DNA of 64,000 bases from Macrostomum hystrix (Eukaryota > Animalia > Platyhelminthes). Below the pieces are notes generated by a model, which made no database searches, was not told where the DNA came from, and saw nothing but the letters and a program-made list of their open reading frames with translations. Position numbers and translations under genes: made by a program. Shown here one piece after another: positions 47,860 to 60,500 of this stretch. Where the stretch lies: positions 372,001 to 436,000 of the forward strand of contig CATNEN010000008.1 in the NCBI GenBank assembly GCA_950097015.1, written 5' to 3'. Numbering within the stretch: position 1 is the first letter of the stretch; each line of letters begins with the position of its first letter.

Positions 47860-48824
47860 AGAATAGCATGTGTTACCTTTGGTCACCTTTTTCATTTCAG
47901 ATATTGCTTTCGGCGGCTCCCTATTGGCAACAGCAACAACTCTACTATCTTTAATTTGAAGGAAGGACTTCCTTTGGTATTTTTTTAATTGCTCTAGAGA
48001 CACTGTACAGAACAAGCTCTTCCACACGGCTATTAACAGGCCTGTTTATTGGAATTGTCATGGCAACCTCAATTGTCTCAGCTAGCATGTACTCGTAGGT
48101 TTAATCAGATCTCGTCGATTTTTTTAGGTGAAGAAACTACTGGACAAAATTAAAAGTACATCAAAAGTACATTGACTTTTTCGGTCCAAGAAAAATCTAG
48201 TTTCTTCTCTTTATGCTTTAAAATATTTGTTTATCTGTTATAATAAAGCTGAGAATTGCACAATTTCATGTCGGCGAGTTTTTGTTTTCTCCAAAAGAAA
48301 AGTTTTTGTGATTATTTTGCCCTATTATTTACATAAAGATGGGTACACTTAACTTAGTAGTGCTTTTTGCATCAACGATACTACAAGTAGATGCTCTAGG
48401 TATCAATTTTCCTCATTAATTTTGTCTTTTCCTTTTTAACTGCAACGGTAATTACACCTGGCCCAACTCACATTAGTACACAACTGTACTTATTTCTACA
48501 TCTGTGTCATATCAGACTTTGTTAGTCTTTGTTTTAATATTTATAGTTGCTACCGGCAATTTTTTCGCTCTATAAACATGCTTTTGAATATAGATCACTA
48601 ACTAACATACAGAGAATAGCGCTCACCCTCTTTTGATTTTATTACCCGTATATTAGAGAAATATACACGAATACCCGTACATATATACATACGTACTTAG
48701 TAGCTATAATGCCACTTTCATTTTTCTTTTCTATCGAAATTTACTAATTAATCACAATATTTTCATTTTCAACTTTTTGTTCGTCTTTTTCATTTTAATA
48801 AGTTTGAGATTATTCACGCCATCC

Positions 48825-49432
48825 CCTCCCCTCAGGTTGGTCTAGAGTGACAGTCACCCATCCCCTCAGGTTGGTCCAGTGTGACAGTCACCCATCCCCT
48901 CAGGTTGGTCTAGTGTGACAGTCGCACATCCCCTCAGGTTGGTCTAGTGTGACAGTCACACATCCCCTCAGGTTGGTCTAGTGTGACAGTCACACATCCC
49001 CTCAGGTTGGTCTAGTGTCACAGTCACACATCCCCTCAGGTTGGTCTAGTGTGACAGTCGCACATCCCCTCAGGTTGGTCTAGTGTGACAGTCACACATC
49101 CCCTCAGGTTGGTCTAGAGTGACAGTCACCCCTCCCCTCAGGTTGGTCTAGAGTGACAGTCACCCATCCCCTCAGGTTGGTCTAGTGTGACAGTCACACA
49201 TCCCCTCAGGTTAGTCTAGTGTGACAGTCACACATCCCCTCAGGTTAGTCTAGTGTGACAGTCACACATCCCCTCAGGTTGGTCTAGTGTGACAGTCACA
49301 CATCCCCTAAGGTTGGTCTAGAGTGACAGTCACCCATCCCCTCAGGTTGGTCTAGTGTGACAGTCACACATCCCCTCAGGTTAGTCTAGTGTGACAGTCA
49401 CACATCCCCTCAGGTTGGTCTAGTGTGACAGT
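48825..49432. repeat. 34-bp minisatellite (ATCCCCTCAGGTTGGTCTAGTGTGACAGTCACAC), about 18 copies
   Basis: Direct tandem repetition upstream of SNM1A. Confidence 0.97.
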
Positions 49433-49542
49433 TGATTTGAAAGGCTTTTTCCGTCTACCTCCAATTCAGTGTACGATAAGAGATTCAATATATAGCAGGC
49501 TGCAGTAATTCAAAATTACAAAACTTAACACCTGCATGCGGC

Positions 49543-52500
49543 ATGGCACCTAGCAACCGCATAGCAACAAGTGGTATCGGTGTAAAAAGGCGCCAACAGC
49601 CGCCTACTAGTCATGCACGGGCTAAGAAGCGAGCCGATAATTATTCAGTTTCTGGAGCAGCACAGAGCTCCATTCTCAGCTTCCTGATCCCGAAGGTCAA
49701 GGAGGAGAGCAATGAAGAATCTGCGCTGGTTGCTCGATCTCCCGAGATTCCGCGTGTTGTCGTTCTAGACGACGAAGAAGCTGATGATGACGTTGAAGTG
49801 ACCGGCGTTACACCTGGAATTAGTGCTATGGTAATGAACTGAAAACTTCTACGAGCGTATTTTGAAGCAAAAAATCTCTCAATTTAATTCCGCTTTAAAT
49901 CTTTTGATCATTGCCGCTTTTGTTCTTTTCATCATTGCCGCTTGGATTATTTTGATCATTGCCGCTTTGATTCTTTTGATCATTGCCGCTTTTGTTCTTT
50001 TCATCATTGCCGCTTGGATTATTTTGATCATTGCCGCTTTGATTCCTTTGCTCATTGCCGCTTTTGTTCTTTTGATCATTGCCGTTTTTATTCATTTCCG
50101 CTTTCGCCATCCTTTGATCTTGTCGCCAGACTGAACCCGAGAAACATCTTGCATCGCCGCCGCCGCAGTCGTCGCTTTCTCCCCCTATAGCGGCCCCCTC
50201 TTCAACTGCTGTAAGACAAGCCAGCCTGTTGAGATTCTTCACTTCCAATGCTGACAAAGACACGAAAAGGCTGAAAGATCAGCCGCAGCAACAGCAGCAG
50301 CAATCGATGTCAACGCAGCTGTCTCCCAAGCCAGCCTGCGGCACCTGGCCCAGCGCCAGCGGTCGCACCAGCTGCCCGCCAGTGAAGTGGATCGACGGTA
50401 CTGACCTGACTGTCGACGCCTTTAACTATGGCGCCCAGGCCCGCTGCCGCGGCTACTTCCTCAGCCACTTCCACTCGGACCACTACTGCGGCCTGGGTCG
50501 CAAATTCGACGGCCAATTGCTTGCTAGCAAGCCGACAGCAGAGCTCGTGCGCCTCCGACTGGGCGTGAGGCCTGCCTTTCTACAACCTCTGGAACTTCAG
50601 GTTGGGCAATAAAATGTAATTCAGAACAATTCAGGCACTAGATTCAAAACAATCCAGGCAACAGATTCAAAACAATCCAGGCACCAGATTCAAAACAATC
50701 CAGGCACCAGATTCAAAACAATCCAGGCACCAGATTCAAAACAATCCAGGCACCAGATTCAGAACAATCCAGGCACCAGATTCAAAACAATCCAGGCACC
50801 AGATTCAAAACAATCCAGGCACCAGATTCAAAACAATCCAGGCACCAGATTCAGAACAATCCAGGCACCAGATTCAAAACGATCCAGGCACCAGATTCAA
50901 AACAATCTAGACAACAGATTTAGAACAATCCAGGCACCAGATTCAAAACAATCCAGGCACCAGATTCAAAACAATCCAGGCACCAGATTCAGAACAATCC
51001 AGGCACCAGATTCAAAACGATCTAGGCACCAGATTCAAAATGATCCAGGCACCAGATTCAGAAAAATCCAGGCACTAAAGTAGTATGAAAGGACTCATGC
51101 CATCTCTTCACGCCAAAATGCCGCCGCAGAAGTGGCACGATGTGCCAGGCGCTCAGGTGCTTCTGCTGGACGCCAATCATTGCCCCGGCTCGGTGGTGTT
51201 CCTGTTCCGCCTTCGGCCCACCGGTCGGCGCATTCTTCACACCGGCGACTTCCGCGCTTCGCCCGACCTGCTAAGCAGCATTCGCGGCTGGCTTGGCGAA
51301 TCACCTGAGATTGACAGCCTCTACCTGGACACTACCTACTGCAGTCCGCAGTACGATTTCCCGCCTCAGTCTGACATCATCGAGTCCGTTCTCCGGCTGG
51401 TCCGAGAATTCGTGGCCGAGCACCCTCGCAACTATCTGATAGCATGCGGCTCCTACACTCTAGGCAAGGAGCGAATGTACCTCAGCATCGCTCGCCTGCT
51501 GGGCTGCCGGGCCGCTGTTGACTCGGCCAAACTGCGCCTCCTCAACGCCCTGTCTGATCCGGAAATTTCCGAATTGATTGTCAAGGACGACGGGCGCAGC
51601 CGGCTGCAGGTAATTGTGGGGAGGGCATTCGCTCCTGGAGTTCCTGAGCTCGAATCCGCGGTGAAGCACCTATCATTTCGGTCGCAGCCGCGGAGAGAAG
51701 ACGTGAGAATGTCAGGGCAGATGAATACCTGTATACGCGTATTTGTGTGCCTGTGTGTGTGCTCTGGGGTATGCGGAACGGGTAGACGCCCATTTGACTG
51801 ACGCCAGACTAAGGCGTCAGTGACTACTCAGATTCTCACACAGTAGTAATAATAACAATTAGTTGGGCACTGGCACTTAAGATTAAGACCAGGAAATTCT
51901 GCCTCCGTTGACTCCTGAGCACACGCACACAGATACACGCATTGGTGTGTACATCTGCCCTGACTTTCTCATCGTCAGGCTGTGCGCACTCACTGTACCT
52001 TTTGAGGGTTGACCCTCATCGGTGTAAATTGCACGACAAGTCCCCAAGCCTTCTCTCTGCGGCTGCGCACCCCAAATGAATGTGGCCTCGCCGCGGAATC
52101 GAGCTCAGGTAGCTTGGTGCGAGAGGCAAACGCGTTAGACCACTCTGCCGCTCAGCCCAGCCCCTAGATTTTTCACACAGTCTGCGTTATCTGCCCCCGC
52201 CGTCCCCAGGTTCTGCCGCTGCACACGGTCAGCCACGCTGGCCTCCGCCGCTTGCTGGAGGCTTGGCGCCGTCGGCCCGACCGGCCGCGCGTGGACGCCT
52301 GCCTGGGCATCTCGCCCACCGGCTGGAGTTTGGGCGCCAGAGGCGTCCAAATCGCCCCCGGCGTCAAGCGAATCTTTCCTGGCAAAGCCGACCGACAACG
52401 CGACCTGGAACTCGGCGACTGCTGTCCGACAGTCACTGTGTACGCCGCTGCCTACTCTGAGCACAGCAGCTTCGGCGAGTTGCGCGACTTTGTTAGGGGA

Positions 52501-52596
52501 ATTCGGCCTCGCCGAATCCTGCCCACCGTCAACTGGCACAAGCGCGACGCGTGCCGCCTCATGCAGGCACACTTTGACAGCTGGCTGCGAAACTGA
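49543..52596 (+). CDS. DCLRE1A: DNA cross-link repair nuclease SNM1A (metallo-beta-lactamase/beta-CASP)
   Basis: Exons 49543-49830, 50130-50600, 51130-51609, 52210-52596. Motifs: YFLSHFHSDHY, DANHCPGS, LHTGDFR, LYLDTTY, YSEHSSFGEL. Confidence 0.92.
49900..50100. repeat. 24-bp minisatellite (TTTTGATCATTGCCGCTTTTGTTC)
   Basis: Direct tandem repetition in SNM1A intron 1. Confidence 0.93.
50612..51075. repeat. 23-bp minisatellite (AGGCACCAGATTCAAAACAATCC), about 20 copies
   Basis: Direct tandem repetition filling SNM1A intron 2. Confidence 0.97.
51625..51795 (+). mobile_element. SINE family 1, internally deleted
   Basis: CCTGAGCTCGAATCCGCGG...CGCAGCCGCGGAGAGAAG...GTCAGGGCAGATG. Confidence 0.8.
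51845..52165 (-). mobile_element. SINE family 1, full length
   Basis: Head, body and tail; flanking duplication TCACACAGT at 51836-51844 and 52173-52181. Confidence 0.9.
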
Positions 52597-52753
52597 CAAC
52601 CTGCTTAGGGTGTTTCCTGGAATCCTTGCGTCCGGGGTTGCCATGGTTTCCTCGAGCTTTTAAGTCCTAGGTCCAGTTTCCAGATGTTGGATGTGCTACG
52701 TGAAAGTATTTCTAAACATTAAAATTTTGGGTCTCTACAATTAGGGTAAGATA

Positions 52754-52892
52754 GGTTGGGTTTCCCCACAGCAAGGTTGGGTTTCCCCACAGCAAGGTTG
52801 GGTTTCCCCACAGCAAGGTTGGGTTTCCTCACAGCAAGGTTGGGTTTCCTCACTGCAAGGTTGGGTTTCCTCACAGCAAGGTTGGGTTTCCC
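52754..52892. repeat. 21-bp minisatellite (GGTTGGGTTTCCCCACAGCAA), about 6.5 copies
   Basis: Direct tandem repetition downstream of SNM1A. Confidence 0.95.
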
Positions 52893-53886
52893 ACTATTAG
52901 GAAGGTTTTGTTAGTAAGTGAAGACGTGGCATTCCGTGTTAAAATCAGGAATTTTGTACAGTAGCTCTAGCCTACAACCGAGTGGTGCTTGCTTTTGTCT
53001 TTCCCTTGAAACTAGATAGATTTTTGCTTTAACTCTTAGTTAATGTTAAATACATTTTAGGACGTAAAATAGTAAGCAATTTTCTATTGATTTTATTCTT
53101 TAATGTCCTGCTTATAATCTCGCTGCACTCTTAAAGTACATTGTTCTATTGTAACTTTCAACACAATGTTGTTGTATTGCATTTTATTAAACACGCGATT
53201 TCTAATGGCAGTAAATAAATTTTATTCTGTCCATGTAATTTCATATATAGTTTGTAAAACTACTGCCTATTTTATTGCAGTAGATATTTATATATCGAAT
53301 ATATAGTACAACTTTTTGAATTACTTATATCTAGTAGCTTACTGCTAGTAGCATATATCGACCAGGAGATAAAATCAGCTGAGTCCGAGGGTACATTAGT
53401 GCACATCTGAAGCATATATTTATTTAACCCTCAGAAGCTGATAAATTGTTAGTTATTTATATCCTAAACACAGGTGTGGCAATAATTTAAGTTCCTTTTT
53501 ACGAGATAAACTTGTTTTTCTGTCTAGAGGCCTAAATAAACTAGCTGAGTAGTTTGTTGAGTAGACTGCTCACAGCTGCGTCTCAGTTGCTGATATTAAT
53601 TCGATTGTATTCGTAGCTGAAATATTTTAAGCATGCGATTCTACTACGACTTGGCAGGCTTAAAAAATTCATTGTTTTCAATAAAACCCTTGCTAGCTCC
53701 TACATATATATACAAATCCTTGACTTGTGTAGCTAGAATCCTCACCCTAAGCACCTGAAACTGAAGCCATAAGCACAGCTGATTCAAGTCTGTTAACGTT
53801 CTATTTTTGTCGCAAGTTTTTCATTTTGGGATCAAACTTATTCTTAATATTGCTTTTAGCTTCGTTTTTAACAGTAGAAAGAATAC

Positions 53887-54500
53887 GGGGTCATTTCAAA
53901 TATCCAAACTATTCAACTAACCAAGCTAGCCGATAAAACTGCTTCCACGTCAGGGTGTCAAAAACCCCCAAGAGGCATCGTTATTCCGCTCACCATGTCG
54001 ACTCCACAAACAATGTCAATCAGTCGCAGGGACCTTTCCAGTCACCTCGGCCCCCTCATCACCGTCTGGGGCATCGATGTGCAGAAGATTCTTCAATTTC
54101 TGCTTTACGAACGCAGCAGTCTTTAAGACGCCGATCAAGTGCGTCTTTGTTGAAGGTCCCGACGTTCGACGCTGATGCTCCAGACGGCGGGACCGATGTG
54201 ACTTTGATGCTGAGAAAAAACGTCCCTACGACAGATGGACTCAGATTATTGAACCAATATGGATTCAATGTCATTTGTCCTTGTCACCAGGGTCTTCGAC
54301 TAGAATCGCTGAACGTCTCGACGATACTGACTTGGACGGCTTTGAAAGTGAGTTCATCGTAAAGGGTGGAAACTGTTGATCCATATGGTGGACTTTCACG
54401 CAAATCGGTCGTTCGGTTTGGGAGATATCGTGAAGTTAGCAGTGGGGATTTGAAATACCCCAGTGGTCTATTTCCAGATGGGGGAATTGCATGGTCTTTG
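53887..54500 (-). mobile_element. Dispersed repeat family 3 element with imperfect terminal inverted repeats and a decayed ORF
   Basis: GGGGTCATTTCAAATATCC (53887-53905) vs GGGGATTTGAAATACCCC (54444-54461); homology to 34760-34930 and 57360-57430. Confidence 0.55.
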
Positions 54501-54639
54501 CACTGTTAAACTTTCCGCTTTAAGTATCCCTATCGACTTCACAGTAAGTGACAGTTGAGTTACAAAAGTTACGGGCGCCTACTTGACCCCATGGTTAATA
54601 TGTATATTCGTGTTAACCCTAAACTCATCAAAATTATAC

Positions 54640-54830
54640 CGTAGCCTAGCGGCGCTTCGAAAGCCTGTGTACAACTGTTCAGTCCGTGGACTGGGGAGGC
54701 CGCCTCACCCACCCAAATGTCTACCCCAGCTAGTGCTGGTGCCTGTTTCACCGCTGGGTGAGCTAGAAAATGTAGTGTCTCGCTCAATGACTCGAATTAA
54801 TTCCCGTATGTTATTGGACCGATATTTATA
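54640..54830 (-). mobile_element. SINE family 2, degenerate
   Basis: TTCAGTCCGTGGACTGGGGAGGCCGCCT matches TTCAGTCCATGGACTGGTGGGGCCGCCT at about 40758. Confidence 0.55.
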
Positions 54831-55280
54831 ATAGAACTGTTTAGGACACAGACTAAAATGGGACAGATAATGTTAAAATGTCTGCTGCATTATCCATTGC
54901 ACCTACTTACTCTATGCCTATTTTTGGGAGGGCTAGCGGGTCGAGTTGAGAGAAGAGAAAAAAGAGAAAGGAAATAACAGGCGCATACGAAATGAGCCTT
55001 GAACAACAACAGTGAGGGAGGGGGCGGGGTTTCAAAGACCCACTGAGTCGCACACGCATTTCATGGCCCGGTAAAAGAAAATAAGTGTTCTCGTTCTTGC
55101 CATACGGGCACTGCAGAAAGGCAGTTTTTTGTGCCCGAATCTGGATGGTAGGGGAAGAGAGGACACGGTAGGGGGGAGCTATGGAATTGGTGGGGCTGAC
55201 TCAGTTAAAAGCTTGTGCAGGGCGTATTAGCGGACCGGAATTAGGCTATTCTGGCACCAAGCACAGAGACAGACAATTCA

Positions 55281-55784
55281 ATGCCAACCAAATTCGACGA
55301 CGGCCTCTCCGGCCTCGTGTCCAACGAGGTGCCGCCAGACGCTTCATTGCCGGCTTCTTCAACTTCGTCTGCATTTGCCGCGGTTCCCGTTCTCTACTAC
55401 ACCACCTCCGGTGGGCGCGCAGGAGCCGAGGTTGTCATAGTAACCGACCCAGTTGGCGCCCAGCGGGTGCTGACTCCCCGTTCGGCTAGGCCGGATGATT
55501 TCAACCCGAAGCTGAGCCCCGTGACACCGGAGCGCCTGCTGCGTCTCCGCTGCCTGACCATTCTGTCGCTGGCGCTGTCGCCCCCAGTCGGCCTGCTGGT
55601 GCTGCTGGCCTTCCTGCGCTGCCGCAGTGCCGCCCTGCTCGGCGGCGACGGCGCCGCTGCGGCCGCTCTATGGGCCACCCGGTTGGAGCGACTGTTCGTG
55701 CTGGCCCTGCTGTTTGCCGTGCTGGAACTGTTGGCCGTACTCCTGCTGGTGCAGTACTCGCTGAACACCAACGGAGGCCTTTGA
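55281..55784 (+). CDS. CD225/dispanin-like membrane protein, 167 aa, intronless
   Basis: Pro/Ser-rich N-terminus, then hydrophobic segment - (R..A...GD..AA...A.R) linker - TM helix, the layout of the dispanin family. Confidence 0.65.
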   Translation: MPTKFDDGLSGLVSNEVPPDASLPASSTSSAFAAVPVLYYTTSGGRAGAEVVIVTDPVGAQRVLTPRSARPDDFNPKLSPVTPERLLRLRCLTILSLALSPPVGLLVLLAFLRCRSAALLGGDGAAAAALWATRLERLFVLALLFAVLELLAVLLLVQYSLNTNGGL

Positions 55785-55869
55785 CTGCGAAGACACTCAG
55801 ACATAGCTCTCATTCCATCTGAGCACCCTGAAAGACCTCATTTTTATCTGATTAGTGAAAGTACTTTTA

Positions 55870-56705
55870 AATTTGAGGGTGGGATTTTGAGCCCAGCTGT
55901 TAAATCCTCTATCGAATCTAAAGGTGTGATTCTGAGCCCAGCTGTTAAATCCTCTGTGGTATCTAAGGGTGAGATTTTGAGCACAGCTGTTAAATCCTCT
56001 GTGGTATCTAAGGGTGAGATTTTGAGCACAGCTGTTAAATCCTCTGTCGAATCTAAAGGTGAGATTTAGAGCACAGCTGTTAAATCCTCTGTCGAATCTA
56101 AAGGTGAGATTTTGAGCCCAGCTGTTAAATCCTCTGTCGAATCTAAGGGTGAGATTTAGAGCACAGCTGTTAAATCCTCTGTGGTATCTAAGGGTGAGAT
56201 TTTGAGCACAGCTGTTAAATCCTCTGTCGAATCTAAAGGTGAGATTTAGAGCACAGCTGTTAAATCCTCTGTCGAATCTAAAGGTGAGATTTTGAGCCCA
56301 GCTGTTAAATCCTCTGTCGAATCTAAGGGTGAGATTTAGAGCTGCACAGCTGTTAAATTCTCTGTCGAATCTAAGGGTGAGATTTTGAGCCCAGCTGTTA
56401 AATTCTCTGTCGAATCTAAGGGTGAGATTTAGAGCACAGCTGTTAAATCCTCTGTCGAATCTAAGGGTGAGATTTTGAGCCCAGCTGTTAAATTCTCTGT
56501 GGTATCTAAGGGTGAGATTTTGAGCACAGCTGTTAAATCCTCTGTCGAATCTAAAGGTGAGATTTAGAGCACAGCTGTTAAATTCTCTGTCGAATCTAAA
56601 GGTGAGATTTAGAGCACAGCTGTTAAATTCTCTGTCGAATCTAAGGGTGAGATTTAGAGCACAGCTGTTAAATCCTCTGTCGTATCTAAAGGTGAGATTT
56701 TGAGC
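55870..56705. repeat. 45-bp minisatellite (GTTAAATCCTCTGTCGAATCTAAAGGTGAGATTTTGAGCACAGCT), about 18 copies
   Basis: Direct tandem repetition between two convergent genes. Confidence 0.97.
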
Positions 56706-57554
56706 CTTGGAGGTTCAATTCACACAAGCTATGAGGAGTTACACTCATCCGTCTTTCAGTTTCAAAATATTATCATTTCGTCTCTGCCTCAAAAGTACTA
56801 TTACAGTGAAGTAAAATTGCTATCATTCTCGAACCAGAATCTCAAAATTTTCGAATTTTTTTAACCAACTGAACTGGTATCTGTGACTATAAATGCTTCA
56901 TATTGCACATCTGTAACAGTTCGCAGTTGCTTGTTTCTCAGCTAAACGAATTCTTGAAATCATTCAGTCCTTTGTATATAATCTCATTTTAAACAACATC
57001 GAACATTGTTTTTAAAACATTTCATGTTTTTAACGATTGATTATGAAACTTTTAACAATATTTTTTATAAAAGGAGTGGTGGACTTAACCAATCGGGTCG
57101 TATTTATTTATCACTGAACTTCAAATAAAATGTTGTGCAACAAATGTGAAGATAAAACAGCCTTTACTTTAGTGCTTGCTTGCAAAGCAAGAAAGTAAGA
57201 TTAATATGCAAGTGAATAGGCATTAAATTAACAAAATGGCGCCGACAAAATGCCAAAATAGCTGGCAAATTGTATCCATCAACCAACGGACACACGTCTA
57301 GTAATATATGATCAGCATATGAGATACATTTACAGTAACAGCTAGTTTTTAGTTTTTAACAGCATAGAAAGACCAGGGGGCATTTAAAATACCCATTGGT
57401 CTTTCGCCAGGGGGCAAAAATAGCCTTGTCTTTCTTCCGTCAGTGTAAGTCGTCTAGTCGATAAATATGCCTAGCTTCAAATATTTTACTCGCTACTCAC
57501 AGCCATACCCAGCAGTAGTGCAGTGCGAACATTATCGCTTTAGCATGCCTCAAC

Positions 57555-60500
57555 TCACAAATGAGTGTCCGCGATGCTCATGCGCCAGTTGCGCTGGCTC
57601 TGCCGGTCGGACGCCGGGCCGCTGACAACGGTACCGCTGTCTTCGTCGCCGTCATCCCCGCCATCGCCTTCGCTGCTGTCGCCGGCAGTCTCGCTCTTCA
57701 ACGCGTAGATCAACTCGTCAAAGTCGCCGGCCTCGCCGTCATCTATGTCGCCCTCGTCCTCGTTATCTTCTTCGTCATCAACTTCGTCGCCGTCGATCTC
57801 GCCTTCGATGTCCATCTCGTCAACGTCAACGTCGGCTTCGCCCTCTAGATCGTCGGGCAGGTCGATGCGACCATAGCCGGGACTGGAGCGCCAGTCGGCT
57901 CCAAGGTTGTCGAAGGTCAGCATCTCGCCGTTAAAATGCGGCTGCTGATCCGACCACTGGTCCTGTACGCGAGGAATGGCAGTCAGTGGATAGAGTTTAG
58001 GTTTAGCCATAGACAGTTTTGAAACTTAATGGTTTGATTAATACACATGAGACGCAAAAATTACTTGCTTCAAGTTTTTTAAAGCAAATTTAGACTGAGC
58101 AAAAGTTGACTGTAAAATTTGTGGAAGATTCGGATAAGTTTGGTTGAAAATCTGGGTGCGAATTTGGGGTGGTGGGTTTGGTCGGAGGTAGTTTATGGTC
58201 GAGTGTACATCGGGGTACATTTGATCTACATTGTTGTTGAGAACAATAGCAATAAGTCAATTGTTATATTTTGTGTTTAAAAGTTAAAAAAAATTAACAG
58301 GCGAAATTTAATAACACGAAACATTGAAAATTTCGGGAAGAGAAAACACATTGAAGTTCAATTTGGAAAAAAACATGCCAGATTGTTGGCAACTCGCCTT
58401 GAAAGGCAAGCTGGGCAGACCCAGAGCCTGAAATTGTTTATCATTGGCCTTCTGCTCTTCTGCTACTAAACAAGCATGCTTATGATTGCTCTTTTATAAA
58501 TATCATTTATAAAGCTCATGTGTATATAATCGAAGGTACAGAGTTCGATTCTGACATTTCACTATTCGATTCCCCAGCCTGCAGACCCTCACACCACATT
58601 ACCTCGTTAATCTCCTTGACCAGCTGCAGGTGGTCCAGTGTCGACTGCCTCCTAGACGAGTCCTCGGCTCCGTTGGCTGCAGCGTCCTTCCCTGTCGGCG
58701 ACTTCTCTTTGAAGGTGCCCCTCTGGCCGCCGGAGCCCGCGATACCACCCCACTCCTCCTGAATCTCGTAGGTTTGCCCGGCGTTGCCGCCGGCTGCAGC
58801 TCGTAGAAGAGCGGCGGGTCCGCGCAGCGCAAAGAATGAAGCGAAAGCGAATGCGGCCTGGGGAGAAAATTGTCACGATCAAAAAGGGCTTTTTTATTGC
58901 TAGAAGATACTGTTAATTAGAAAAACGTTTATAGTGCTGAGATATGAAAGGGGGCGTGCTGAATTTCTTAGTAGCCAATTAAAAGTGTTTTAGGGATAGA
59001 GATCAGCGAGGGGGCAGGCTGAATGGCTTAGTAGCCAATCAGCGGCGTTTTAGGGATAGAGATTTGAGAAATTTGGCGGAACGGCTTAATAGCCTATCAG
59101 CAGTATTTTAGGGACAGAATGACAGAGGGGTAGACTCATGTTATAGCCAATCAATGAAAGCCAATGAAAACTCACCGTGATAATTTCCAGCACGGCGTAG
59201 ATAATGAGCCACCAGAGGTCCGAGTAGGCCATGTGCAGGCCGCCGAACAGGGTGCAGCCGAGCAGCAGAGCCCAGAAGATGAGCAGGTTGCGCACTTCTG
59301 CAAGTGTGAGTTGTTTGCCAGCTAGCTAAACACTGCCATATACTTTGGGTATTGATAAAAAGGCGATTAAATGTTTTATTTCGCTAAGATACTATAAAGC
59401 GGCAGTGTTCAAAGCGCAAATCAAAGCGCTCCCTGACCTTTGTGATTGGGTCGGCCCTTGCAGATATCGTCGTACATAGCCCACTGGGGCAGTACTTGGT
59501 AGGCGTTAACAAACACGAATAGCAGGCCAACTAAAACTACCAGAATTGGCAGCAAAACTACTATCAGCATCACGTACAGCTGTTTGATGTAGCATCTGCG
59601 AGAAGTTGTGGCGGGTAGTTAATTCTTGGAATTGATGTGAAGTTAAATCTGGCTTGTAACAAAGCTAGCAACCACACAGCTAGCAACTACACACCTGTAA
59701 CACACAGCTAGCAACCTACACACCTGCTACACACAGCGAGCAACCACACACCTGCAACACACAACTAGCAACCACAGACCTGCAACACACAGCTTAGCAA
59801 CCACACACCTGCAACACACAGCTAGCAACCACACACCTGCAACACACAGCTAGCAACCACAGACCTGTACTATACTGACACAGCTAGCAACCACACACCT
59901 GTACTATACTGACACAGCTAGCAACCACACACCTGTACTATACTGACACAGCTAGCAACCACACACCTGTACTATACTGACACAGCTAGCAACCACACAC
60001 CTGTACAATACTGACACAGCTAGCAACCACACACCTGTACAATACTGACACAGCTAGCAACCACACACCTGTACTATACTGACACAGCTAGCAACCACAC
60101 ACCTGTACTATACTGACACAGCTAGCAACCACACACCTGTACAATACTGACACAGCTAGCAACCACACACCTGTACAATACTGACACAGCTAGCAACCAC
60201 ACACCTGTACAATACTGACACAGCTAGCAACCACACACCTGTACTATACTGACACAGCTAGCAACCACACACCTGTACAATACTGACACAGCTGGCAACC
60301 ACACACCTGTACTATACTGACACAGCTAGCAACCACACACCTGTACTATACTGACACAGCTAGCAACCACACACCTGTACAATACTGACACAGCTGGCAA
60401 CCACACACCTGTACTATACTGACACAGCTAGCAACCACACACCTGTACTATACTGACTCAGCTAGCAACCACACACCTGTACAATACTGACACAGCTAGC

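Noticed and set aside
49862-50263. Hydrophobic 8-aa-repeat ORF (plus) and SGNDQ-repeat ORF (minus)
   Set aside because: Both are products of a 24-bp intronic repeat; exon 1 hits a stop (GTA ATG AAC TGA) if the intron is retained.
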